Assembly (NCBI GenBank): GCA_011170375.1
Contig: DUEV01000005.1
Coordinates: 42,231 to 106,230 of the forward strand
DNA from: Dehalococcoidia bacterium
Lineage (GTDB): Bacteria > Chloroflexota > Dehalococcoidia > Dehalococcoidales > Fen-1064
DNA: 64,000 nucleotides
Direction of reading: 5' to 3'
Shown: in pieces, positions 9,908 to 18,221 of the stretch
Layout: the number at the start of each line of letters is the position of its first letter
Numbering within the stretch: the first letter of the stretch is position 1
Translations under genes and position numbers: made by a program
Notes under the pieces: generated by a model
Seen by the model: only the letters and a program-made list of their open reading frames with translations
Told to the model about the DNA's origin: nothing
Databases searched by the model: none

Positions 9908-10594
9908 ATGTCTGAAGAGCTAGGCAGGATAGAAAAACCCAGCGCAGAGCGGTTTCGGGGAGAGCGAAAGCTTTACCTCATACCACTGCTATACGCCGGA
10001 AAGGACGCTCCCCAGGAATACCTGGAGAGGTTCGAGTCTTACTGGCAGCAGGTGGAAGAGCAGATAGCTAACCAGGAATCGAAAATAGGGAAGGCCAAAC
10101 GGGTCTATCACGAATTGATTGCCGTCGGAGGTGAGGAAGGGCTTAAAATCTTAGAGGAATTGAATCCCCCCGGCTACAGGATAACACGTGAACGGGCCGA
10201 GGCTGGTGCCTTGCTCGAGGCAACCGAAGAAGCGGAACTGTCTAACGAGTGCATGGACTGGGAGCGGTTCCTGCTGTTCGGGTTTCTGAGTCGTAGTGCA
10301 GCCGGAAAAGTCAGCGAACTGTACCGAGAATCTGCCCGGAAGCGATATGAGCATATTGCCAAACGGATAGACGAGACGCTGGAAGATAATGAAGTAGCCA
10401 TACTCTTCATCAGAGAAGAGCACCAGGTGCAGTTCCCCCAGGACATCGAGGTGTTTATGGTAGCGCCACCGGCGCTGGATGCCATTCACCGCTGGTTGCG
10501 GGAACGCCCACAGCCTGAGGAACCGAAAGAGTCAGCAGAACCAGATAAACAAGAAGAACCAGATAAACAGGAGAAGATACAAGAGGGAAATTAA
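9908..10594 (+). CDS. hypothetical acidic protein
   Basis: Long ORF (track start TTG 9887). The in-frame ATG at 9908 lies 9 nt after GGGAGGA. I recognised no family. The C-terminus carries a duplicated EPDKQE. Confidence 0.5.
   Translation: MSEELGRIEKPSAERFRGERKLYLIPLLYAGKDAPQEYLERFESYWQQVEEQIANQESKIGKAKRVYHELIAVGGEEGLKILEELNPPGYRITRERAEAGALLEATEEAELSNECMDWERFLLFGFLSRSAAGKVSELYRESARKRYEHIAKRIDETLEDNEVAILFIREEHQVQFPQDIEVFMVAPPALDAIHRWLRERPQPEEPKESAEPDKQEEPDKQEKIQEGN
10538..10573 (+). repeat. 18-bp tandem duplication (GAACCAGATAAACAAGAA / GAACCAGATAAACAGGAG) inside the hypothetical CDS
   Basis: Read directly from the sequence. It encodes EPDKQE twice. Confidence 0.9.
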
Positions 10595-10617
10595 GAACAC
10601 TCGTACTCAGACCGAGT

Positions 10618-11448
10618 CTAATCCCCGGCTTCTCTGAGAAAATCACCGACCTCTTTGGCCAGTTTCTCACCCTCACCTTCGGAGAGTCTCAGGCCACGCT
10701 CCAACTTACCGATGATACTATCAATTTCCGGCTGTGCTGCCCGTATGTGGTCAATCCTTTCATTCTGCAACCCCGCCTGCTCATCGAGGTCAGCAAGGTC
10801 AAACCCAAGGTTGAGTCGGTCGCTGAGGAAATCAAGCACCCCACGGTATGCCTCAGGGTCATCAGCCGAGACGAGGTAAAACGGGATTGGTATCCAGAGA
10901 TTGGCCGAAGGGATACCTCTCCGCTTAGCAACCCACAGGAAGAAGGAGTTGAGAGTAGGTCTTCCTCCCGGAGGTGTTTCAAAGTCCGTTTCCCTGGTCA
11001 GGTCATATCGGCTTAACTCCATCTTCAACTCTGGCGAGCCCATCGTACTGAAAAACTGACGGCGAGCCGTGTGGGCACCCATGGCAATCATACTGCCAAC
11101 AGTATAAATCTCCCTGACATGGCAGTAGTCCTGGGCAACATCCAATATCAGGCTGAGGAACTGATACCATTCATAGCTGGGTGGTGTACTCAGAAAGACC
11201 ACCAGGTCCTTCTCAGGGCAGGCGTAGAAGCGACTCTCAGGAAAGAAGACAATATCATTGACAATGGCAACTCCATTGAGGGGGAAGAAATCGGCCGGTT
11301 CAATCTCGCAGAAGGCCTGCCCACCGAGCTTCCTGACCAGATAATCGGTTACCCTCCGCCCCAATCTGCCAGCATCCATCGTCCAGCCAACAACCATAGT
11401 AGGGGTATGCAACTCTGGCCGTGTCAAGAAGTGGACCTTTTCATTCAT
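10618..11448 (-). CDS. PAC2 (proteasome assembly chaperone 2-like / COG2047-type) family protein
   Basis: The N-terminal PTMVVGWTMDAGRLG resembles the PAC2 GW-DAG motif. Paralogous to the upstream neighbour. Recognised from memory. Confidence 0.55.
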   Translation of the reverse strand: MNEKVHFLTRPELHTPTMVVGWTMDAGRLGRRVTDYLVRKLGGQAFCEIEPADFFPLNGVAIVNDIVFFPESRFYACPEKDLVVFLSTPPSYEWYQFLSLILDVAQDYCHVREIYTVGSMIAMGAHTARRQFFSTMGSPELKMELSRYDLTRETDFETPPGGRPTLNSFFLWVAKRRGIPSANLWIPIPFYLVSADDPEAYRGVLDFLSDRLNLGFDLADLDEQAGLQNERIDHIRAAQPEIDSIIGKLERGLRLSEGEGEKLAKEVGDFLREAGD

Positions 11449-12362
11449 TGTCCCTTGTCTCCATCTTCCCGGTGGAAGAAATCATCAATGTGCTCTTTTA
11501 TCCACTTCTCGTCTTCTTCGGTAATCATTCCCGGCTGGGCCTCCCGCCTCCGCTGGTCAATCCTGTCCCTGACCTCACTGGGAAACTGCCGGAAGACATT
11601 GTTAATAACACCCTCCATTTGAGCCGTCATATCGCTAAGAGCAGACATATCAACCTCAACTCCCAATATAGCGGCAAGCATCTCAAGAACAGACTGAGAA
11701 GCCTTGGGGTAGGGAAAGGGAACTCGCGAGAGGTAGTCCGGTATTTCACCCATCAGGCAGACACCCTCGAAACCGCGTTTCTTGGCGACGCCAATCAGCA
11801 GACCGTTGAGACCGGTAATATTCCCCACGTCTCCCCGTCCCTCAACCTCACTCATCAGGAGCGTATTGGCATAGCCCTTCATCTCAGCGAGCAGTCTTTT
11901 TTCGGTAGCCACCGCCCACACCCGCGATCTCAAACTATGGTGGGTGAGGGCAACAGCAGCGCCCGAGGTATAGATTCGGCGGCAACCGAACTTCTCCGCC
12001 ACATCCAGAACCCGATTGGCCATTTCATAAGCCTTACCACCCTCGGCGTACATCCTGCCGTGACCAGACGGTTGTTCTTCCCCGATGAAAAGCAGCAGAT
12101 CCCTATTGGCAAGCCTCTTGTAGTAAAACTTGCTCGTGGGAAACTCAAGGTCATGCAGGACACTGCCCCTGATAATGACTTTATTGGGATAGAAGTAGTC
12201 CCAGGGCTCGATTTCGCCGAGTTCTTCGGCCTCAATCTGCTGCCGGAGGGTGTCGACAGTGAGTACGCCGATATTGCCGATACCGGGCCAGCCGACAATC
12301 ATGTCCGGCTGCTCCAGCTCAGGTTCACTGTGGAGAATTATACCCACGGCCCACCCCATCAC
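11445..12362 (-). CDS. PAC2 family protein (paralogue)
   Basis: The N-terminal PDMIVGWPGIGNIGVL is PAC2-like. Its stop overlaps the next gene's start in ATGA (11445-11448). Confidence 0.55.
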   Translation of the reverse strand: MMGWAVGIILHSEPELEQPDMIVGWPGIGNIGVLTVDTLRQQIEAEELGEIEPWDYFYPNKVIIRGSVLHDLEFPTSKFYYKRLANRDLLLFIGEEQPSGHGRMYAEGGKAYEMANRVLDVAEKFGCRRIYTSGAAVALTHHSLRSRVWAVATEKRLLAEMKGYANTLLMSEVEGRGDVGNITGLNGLLIGVAKKRGFEGVCLMGEIPDYLSRVPFPYPKASQSVLEMLAAILGVEVDMSALSDMTAQMEGVINNVFRQFPSEVRDRIDQRRREAQPGMITEEDEKWIKEHIDDFFHREDGDKGQ

Positions 12363-12436
12363 GCTGTCTCACAAACATATTCTAATCTTAAACAAGTGGC
12401 AGGGCAAGTCAAATTTCGAAGGAAGAAATGCTTGGC

Positions 12437-13324
12437 CTATCCGTCTGCGGATTCCTGACCTGCAAACGGGATTCGGCTCTCACATGGTACATCTGTTTGG
12501 CAGAGCCCACAACCAGCGTAGCGACCGATGTAGCCCTCGCCGCGGGCACCCTCCATGAACGAGCGTTGAAATTCAAACAGCACCTGACGGCATCGCTCTT
12601 TGTCGTGACCCCGTTCGGTAATGGCACCGCCGGGGCACCGTTCGGTACACTTTTTACAGGAGCCGTCCCTATAAAAAAGACAATTGGTCTGATAGTCTGC
12701 GTAAGGCCGGGGCGTAGCCAGAAGCTCAATGTCCGTGACGATACTCAGGCAGCGCATGGCGATACCCTTGGGAGTGATGAGACCGTCGCTCAAGCTAAAG
12801 GTGCCAAGACCGGCCGCATATGCGACATGTCGCTGAGACCAGTTCGAGGCCAACTCCGGTAGAGCGTGTATCTGGAAGGACTCAGCCAGCTCGGGTGCAA
12901 CTGCCTGGTGTCCCATTTCTTTGAGAAGCGATACGAGATAGCGGGACAGGTCGGTTATATAGTCCTGTCCCTGCCAACGCGTATGGTTCCAGCGCAGAGA
13001 GGGGCCTCCGGTCTCAAGGCGATTGCTCAGCTTGGTCTCCCGGCTGATAGGCAATACGATAGAAACCACGCTTACCGGACCCTGTGTAATTGGGAGAACA
13101 TCACGAGGCATCTGATGAGATTCGGCGACGACCGACTTGAACTGTTCGAAGATGGGGTCATCGCCACTGGCAAAACCCACCAGCGGCTCTTCGAATATCG
13201 GAGAGTTAGCGAAGGATGGCAGCCGGTTCAACGGACTGGAGCTAACGTGCTCTTTAATAGCCGAACGGATAAATTGCGTTGGGTCGGCGTGAAAGCGTTC
13301 TCTGATGTCTTCCTGTGCCATCAT
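12437..13324 (-). CDS. QueG-like 4Fe-4S protein (epoxyqueuosine reductase / reductive-dehalogenase superfamily)
   Basis: WSQRHVAYAAGLGTFSLSDGLITP resembles the QueG core. Cys clusters C..SCKKCTERCP and CGLCQTDVPC. GAGGTGA sits upstream of the ATG. Confidence 0.55.
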   Translation of the reverse strand: MMAQEDIRERFHADPTQFIRSAIKEHVSSSPLNRLPSFANSPIFEEPLVGFASGDDPIFEQFKSVVAESHQMPRDVLPITQGPVSVVSIVLPISRETKLSNRLETGGPSLRWNHTRWQGQDYITDLSRYLVSLLKEMGHQAVAPELAESFQIHALPELASNWSQRHVAYAAGLGTFSLSDGLITPKGIAMRCLSIVTDIELLATPRPYADYQTNCLFYRDGSCKKCTERCPGGAITERGHDKERCRQVLFEFQRSFMEGARGEGYIGRYAGCGLCQTDVPCESRIPFAGQESADG

Positions 13325-13403
13325 TGGTATTTCACCTCTTCGTAGACGCCCTTATAGGGCTCATAGTCAATCCGGGACTCCCGTGTGCCACGCCTGTATT
13401 CAC

Positions 13404-13433
13404 ATTGTATGGATACCCGAGACTGGCTGTCAA
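13404..13433 (-). promoter_or_regulatory. sigma70-type promoter for the QueG-like gene: TTGACA (13433-13428), 18-nt spacer, TACAAT (13409-13404)
   Basis: Read on the minus strand. About 70 nt upstream of the ATG at 13324. Confidence 0.45.
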
Positions 13434-13508
13434 GGAATTGTGCTCGTTCATGCGATTGGTGGACATGTTGATATCTTATTACCTATCTCACCCACAGTGT
13501 TGGATAGT

Positions 13509-13597
13509 GGAGGCCCCATCCCCTTAATCCCCTTCCCCAGAGGGGAAGGGGAATATTATAGAAAAGAGGGGCTAGCGCCCCTCTTAGACTCCCCTTT
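13509..13597 (+). repeat. dispersed G4/C4-hairpin element, copy A (forward)
   Basis: Sequence GGAGGCCCCATCCCCTTAAT...AAGAGGGGCtagcGCCCCTCTTAGACTCCCCTTT. Hairpins at 13529-13551 and 13564-13585. Homologous to 19090-19172 and to the reverse complement of 59761-59832. Confidence 0.8.
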
Positions 13598-13842
13598 AAT
13601 ATCGGTAAGTGGTTGATACCTCTCCTTAACGTCCTCACAACAGCATTTGGGAGGTTACGCCCGTTAAGACTCCCCTTTAAGGTGTTTGGAATGCCTGTTT
13701 TCTGCAGAGGCTTCACTGTCCCTCAGTTCGCCTTATTACTCTACGGCCAGAACAAAGAATATCTCACCTGAAAGAAGGCACGCCTATAAGGTGCGAGTAT
13801 GCTTGCATAAAAATTAGCCTTCTCACCGTTTTGGGGAGTCCA

Positions 13843-13901
13843 GAGGGGTGAAACCCCTTTGGAACGGGGGTACAAGGGGGTGTCCCCCTTGAAAAATACG
13901 C
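13843..13901 (-). repeat. diverged inverted partial copy of the same element (GGGGAGTCCAGAGGGGtgaaaCCCCTTT ... CAAGGGGGtgtCCCCCTTG)
   Basis: Its reverse complement ends ...CCCCTCTGGACTCCCC, compared with CCCCTCTTAGACTCCCC in copy A. Hairpins at 13854-13868 and 13883-13901. Confidence 0.55.
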
Positions 13902-13999
13902 TTAACTTGTTTATTTGGGAGAAAGGAGTATCCCCCTTGATTCCCTTTTTCATGGATTAAGGACTGACCAGACACCATGCAACCGATTTTAACAGAACG

Positions 14000-14008
14000 T
14001 GGTAAAAT
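14000..14008 (+). promoter_or_regulatory. extended -10 promoter element TGgTAAAAT upstream of recN
   Basis: TG at 14000-14001 and TAAAAT at 14003-14008. The -35 is weak. Confidence 0.3.
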
Positions 14009-14032
14009 AGAGGCAATTTGAAGGGGGGTACC

Positions 14033-15781
14033 TTGCTGGTCGAGCTAAGGGTCAGGGACATCGGCATCATTGAGGATATCAACTGGGGCCTGGGCCCGGG
14101 ACTCAACGTTATTACCGGCGAGACCGGGGCGGGGAAGTCTCTGGTGATTGACGCCGTCGAGGCCCTGCTGGGGAGCAAACCGGACGACGAGATGATACGG
14201 CACGGGGCCGACGAGGCCCGCATCGAGGGTGTATTTACCCTGCCCCCCGACGAGAAACTGGCCACGCTGAGAGAAATACTGGCGGAAAAAGGACTGGCTG
14301 CCGATGAAGACACCCTGGTGGTCCATTGCGAGATGCGACGGCAGGGTCGCGGCACCATCCGGCTCAACGGTCAGGCAGTACCCCGGCGGCTACTCCAGCA
14401 AATCGGGCGCCTGCTGATTGATGTCCACGGCCAGAGTGAGCACCTCTCCCTGCTCGACCGTAAAAACCACCTCGACTTCCTCGATGCCTATACCCACACT
14501 ATCGAACAGAGGCAGGCGTTTTCCACAATGGCGGCGGAGCTTAACCAGGCAGAGCAGGAACTGAAATCGCTCACGAAAGACGAGCAGGAACTGGCCCGCC
14601 GCGAGGAATACCTGCGCTATCAGGTCGATGAAATCGGCCGGGCGGAACTGCAGGAAGGAGAGGACGAAGAGTTAGAAAGGGAGCAAAAAGTGCTGGCCTC
14701 CGCCGAGAACCTCAAGCTATCTTCCTACGAGGTCTACCGGCAGCTCTATGACGATGATAGCTCCGGCAACCCCGCCTCGGTGCTGGACCGGCTACACGAA
14801 GCAGTGGCGATGATTAAAAAGATGGTGGAACTCGACCCCGACCTGAAACCGCATCTCGAATCGCTGGAAGAGAACCTGTACAGCCTCGAGGAGACCACTA
14901 AAGATATCCGTGCTTACAGCGACCGCCTCGAGCACGACCCGGCAAGGCTGGAAGAGGTGGCATCGAGACTGGAGCTTATCAGGGACCTCAAGCGGAAATA
15001 CGGGCAGAGCATCGCCGAAATCCTGAATTACGAGAAAGAGGCCGTCACCGAACTGGAAGGTATCTCCCACTCCTCGGAACGGCGAGAGGAGCTGGAAGAG
15101 ACCCGCACCCGCCTCAAGCAGGAGATGGGACAGCTTGCCGCCCAACTCACGGAGGCACGTACCAGGGCGACCACCCAACTGAAAAAGGGAGTGGAACAGG
15201 AGCTTCAGGAACTGAACATGCTGCAGGTGGAGTTCGAGGTATCCATATCCCAGACCCCCGACCCCGACGGCATCCCTTACCCGGACGGCCAGAGCTATGC
15301 CTTCAGCAGCGAAGGTGCCGATAATGTCGAGTTCCTTGCCTCGACCAATCCCGGCGAGCCTATCAAGCCCCTGGCCAGGATAGCCTCCACCGGCGAGACC
15401 TCGCGCTTCATGCTGGCCCTGAAAGGCGTGCTTTCCGAGGCGGACAATATTCCCGTGCTGGTCTTCGACGAGATTGATATCGGGGTGGGTGGGCGAAGTG
15501 CCGAGGTAATCGGTAAGAAGCTCTGGACGCTGGCCCGCCACCACCAGACGATATGCGTCACCCACCTCCCCCAGATAACCGCCTTCGCCGACGCCCACTA
15601 CCGGGTAAACAAGGAGGTCTCCGGTGACCGAACCGTCAGCCGACTCGAGGTGCTGAAGGGCGACGCCCGCACCGAGGAAATGGCAGCCATGCTGGCCGGC
15701 TTGCAGATTACGGATACCTCTCTAAAGAATGCCCGCGAGCTGATGGAGAGGGCGGAGGGGTGGAAGGGAACCAGCAACTAG
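14033..15781 (+). CDS. recN: DNA repair protein RecN
   Basis: Walker A GETGAGKS, long coiled coil, and C-terminal VLVFDEID. The track start is TTG 14018. The in-frame TTG at 14033 (MLVELRV...) follows the SD AAGGGGGG and fits the family N-terminus. Confidence 0.95.
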   Translation: MLVELRVRDIGIIEDINWGLGPGLNVITGETGAGKSLVIDAVEALLGSKPDDEMIRHGADEARIEGVFTLPPDEKLATLREILAEKGLAADEDTLVVHCEMRRQGRGTIRLNGQAVPRRLLQQIGRLLIDVHGQSEHLSLLDRKNHLDFLDAYTHTIEQRQAFSTMAAELNQAEQELKSLTKDEQELARREEYLRYQVDEIGRAELQEGEDEELEREQKVLASAENLKLSSYEVYRQLYDDDSSGNPASVLDRLHEAVAMIKKMVELDPDLKPHLESLEENLYSLEETTKDIRAYSDRLEHDPARLEEVASRLELIRDLKRKYGQSIAEILNYEKEAVTELEGISHSSERREELEETRTRLKQEMGQLAAQLTEARTRATTQLKKGVEQELQELNMLQVEFEVSISQTPDPDGIPYPDGQSYAFSSEGADNVEFLASTNPGEPIKPLARIASTGETSRFMLALKGVLSEADNIPVLVFDEIDIGVGGRSAEVIGKKLWTLARHHQTICVTHLPQITAFADAHYRVNKEVSGDRTVSRLEVLKGDARTEEMAAMLAGLQITDTSLKNARELMERAEGWKGTSN

Positions 15782-15804
15782 AATCTCTTTACTCGCTCTC
15801 GTCC

Positions 15805-17022
15805 TCATGCCGCGGCGGTGCGGAAGCGCCAGATGGCGATGCTGCCGAAGATGATGGTGAAGACCACCAGGGCGAGCATCGCTGGAGCAACGTCGGCGAA
15901 ATCGGCCCCAAAGAGCATCAGCTTGTTGAAGCCTTCATTTGCCCAGCCGTGAGGGGTCACTTTAGCCAGCGACTGCATCCACTGAGGCGCGATGAAGAGC
16001 GGCCACCAGCAACCACCGAGCGGTGCCATTATCAGGGCAGCCAACGTCGCCAGCGAGTCGGCCCCCCGGTCGGTCTTTACCAGGGTAGCCAGCATCACGC
16101 CGAAGGCAGCCGAAACAATTACCATCAGGAAAGAGAGGATGATAACAGCCGCCGGGGCCAACCCGAGGTCAACGTTGAATACCAGAATTCCCACCGTCCA
16201 GAAGATGATTATCTGTATCAGTCCCTTGGCCGCCGTACCCGTGAAAATACCCCCGATAAGCGTAGACCGCCGCACCGAACTGGCCAGCAACCGCTCCAGG
16301 GTATGGTTCTGGCGCTCACGGACAATCGCCTGCGCCGACAGGGCAGCGGCAAAGAAAACGAACATCACCAGATATCCTGAGATTGTATAGTTGGACGGCT
16401 GCTCCGCCTCGACCTCCCCGGCCGTATTATCGCTGGTATACCCTATCAATGGCTCCCCGGTGATGACCTGACCTTCCAGCGATTCCAGGATATCCTGGGC
16501 CTGCTCCCCGGCCAGCTCGGTGATGGTGCCCCTGACCACATACTCAGCGCCAATCCAGGAACTAATCCCATCGGCCAGGCCGTACAGGGCCGCCCGGTAA
16601 CTGACCGCTTCAGGGTCGGCCACCACCTCAATCTCAGCCTCTCTATACGTGAAAAGACTTTCGGTAAAATCCTCGGGGAAAGCAAGAAATCCGCCTAATT
16701 CCTTTTCCTCAACCTGACGGCGCAGCTCATCATAGTCGTCTACCTCGATAATCAGTGGTTCTCCAGGCCGGAGGCTGGACTCATCCGGAGTCACCATGGC
16801 AGCGATTATCTGGTGACTCAAGGCCGTTTCTGTTTCCTCCTCAAGGGTGACAAGGTGGAACACGAGACGGTCGTCCTCACCGCCGATGTCGGACAGGATG
16901 AAGTTGAACAGGACGACAAAGAGGAAAGGGAACAAGATAAAGAAGAACAGGGCCGCGCGGTCCCGGCTAAAGAGCTTCAGGTCCTTGAGGGCAATAAACC
17001 AGACCAGCCTCGGCTGTACCAC
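15805..17022 (-). CDS. ABC-2 type transporter permease
   Basis: One N-terminal TM, a large loop, then five C-terminal TM segments. In an operon with the ATPase. Confidence 0.8.
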   Translation of the reverse strand: MVQPRLVWFIALKDLKLFSRDRAALFFFILFPFLFVVLFNFILSDIGGEDDRLVFHLVTLEEETETALSHQIIAAMVTPDESSLRPGEPLIIEVDDYDELRRQVEEKELGGFLAFPEDFTESLFTYREAEIEVVADPEAVSYRAALYGLADGISSWIGAEYVVRGTITELAGEQAQDILESLEGQVITGEPLIGYTSDNTAGEVEAEQPSNYTISGYLVMFVFFAAALSAQAIVRERQNHTLERLLASSVRRSTLIGGIFTGTAAKGLIQIIIFWTVGILVFNVDLGLAPAAVIILSFLMVIVSAAFGVMLATLVKTDRGADSLATLAALIMAPLGGCWWPLFIAPQWMQSLAKVTPHGWANEGFNKLMLFGADFADVAPAMLALVVFTIIFGSIAIWRFRTAAA

Positions 17023-17027
17023 CGTTT

Positions 17028-18209
17028 CTATCTCCCTCCCGGCATGACTTTAAATAGGTACCGACTCAGCAGCAGACCGACGACAATCACGCCCGCCAGT
17101 ACGCCAATCTCAAGACCAATATCACCCAGCGAGCCCCCCTCGTTTATCAGAGTCCCCAGGGCATCGTTGGCATAGGTATTGACGGAAAACCGGCTGATTA
17201 TCTCCATTACGGAGCCTTCCTCAATGGGAAAGAAGGTACCACCTATCATGACCATCGCCATCGTAAAAAAGACTCCCACCCACGAGGCCTGGTCCGGAGT
17301 GCGCACCGCCGAAGCAATAACGAGACCCAGCGCGCTGGCGGCACAGGTGAAAATAAGAGCAACCAGCAACGAACTGACAAAGGAGAGGGGGGTGAAAATC
17401 TGGAAAACTGCGTAAGAGAGCACCATCAGAATTACTGTCTGGATAAAACCACGGCTGATACCGGCGATGAACTTGCCCGCAAAAAGCTCCCCGACACTGA
17501 GTCGGGTCGTCAGCAGGCGCTCCAGCGTCCCCAGATGGCGCTCCTCCACGAGTGTACGGGCACTCAGGATTATGGCAAATAGGACGTACATGGTGATAAT
17601 GCCGGGCAGGAATTGCTCAACCGGGTCCGGGCTACTGCCGATTGTGTCCTCGGTGACGGCCACGGTAGGATTTTCTCGTTCTTCAGCGAATAACCGCTCC
17701 ACGGTGGTCTCAATCCGGCTAATCGTGGTATCAGTATCCACCAATGCCGCGATGACCTGTCCCTGCGCCTGGAGCTCCAGCGAGATGTCATTGGCGACGC
17801 TCCTTACCAGAGCAGCCACTATCTGTTGCTCTTGCCCCCCATTACCCCGCTGCTTGAAGAGCAGTTCTACCGGCTCTCCCGAAGCCAGCTTCTCCGAAAA
17901 CCCCTCCGGTATTACGATAAACATCAGCAGGTCGGCCCGCTCCAGCTTTCCGTCAGCCTTATCAAGGGAGAGCAGGTCGATGTTAAGCTCATCAAAGGCT
18001 TCCAGTTGCTCGATGAAGGCCTCCGAGTAGACACCCCCGGGGTCCTCGTTAACAATGTGAGCGGTAGCGTGGAACTGTGTTAGCCCGCCGAAGACAAAGT
18101 ACATCAGAGCGAAGGTCACCACCGGCAGGAGTAGGCTGAAGGCAAGGTCACTCTTGTCCTGTAGGTATATGCGGACCTGCAGCCAAGCAATCTGTAACGC
18201 TTTAGTCAT
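17028..18209 (-). CDS. ABC-2 type transporter permease
   Basis: Same architecture as its neighbour, and paralogous to it. Confidence 0.8.
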   Translation of the reverse strand: MTKALQIAWLQVRIYLQDKSDLAFSLLLPVVTFALMYFVFGGLTQFHATAHIVNEDPGGVYSEAFIEQLEAFDELNIDLLSLDKADGKLERADLLMFIVIPEGFSEKLASGEPVELLFKQRGNGGQEQQIVAALVRSVANDISLELQAQGQVIAALVDTDTTISRIETTVERLFAEERENPTVAVTEDTIGSSPDPVEQFLPGIITMYVLFAIILSARTLVEERHLGTLERLLTTRLSVGELFAGKFIAGISRGFIQTVILMVLSYAVFQIFTPLSFVSSLLVALIFTCAASALGLVIASAVRTPDQASWVGVFFTMAMVMIGGTFFPIEEGSVMEIISRFSVNTYANDALGTLINEGGSLGDIGLEIGVLAGVIVVGLLLSRYLFKVMPGGR

Positions 18210-18221
18210 ATCGTTTTTAAT

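Noticed and set aside
11421-12458. 345-aa plus-strand ORF covering the whole second PAC2 gene
   Set aside because: It is antisense to an ORF that has a recognisable family N-terminus, translational coupling to its neighbour and a sensible composition. The plus-strand product is Ser/His/Arg/Leu-rich, has no motif and no SD. It is most likely a shadow ORF.
13500-13910. Possible CRISPR array, because short GC palindromes recur
   Set aside because: The repeats are not identical units at regular spacing, they occur in both orientations, and no cas genes are in the window.
13483-13953. Two track ORFs (77 aa and 70 aa, minus strand) in the repeat block
   Set aside because: They are translations of the G4/C4 hairpin repeats (recurring KGDTP/KGVSP/KGSL peptides). 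They have no SD and no family resemblance.
13954-14017. LexA (Cheo-type GAAC-N4-GTTC) box upstream of recN, and also upstream of dinB at 37760-37862
   Set aside because: Only a half-site is present before recN (GAACGTGGTAAA). No palindrome is shared between the recN and dinB upstream regions by eye.
14792-15598. 268-aa minus-strand ORF inside recN
   Set aside because: It is a shadow of the GAG/CTG-rich recN coiled-coil region. The product is low-complexity (G/L/E/V) and recN is unambiguous.
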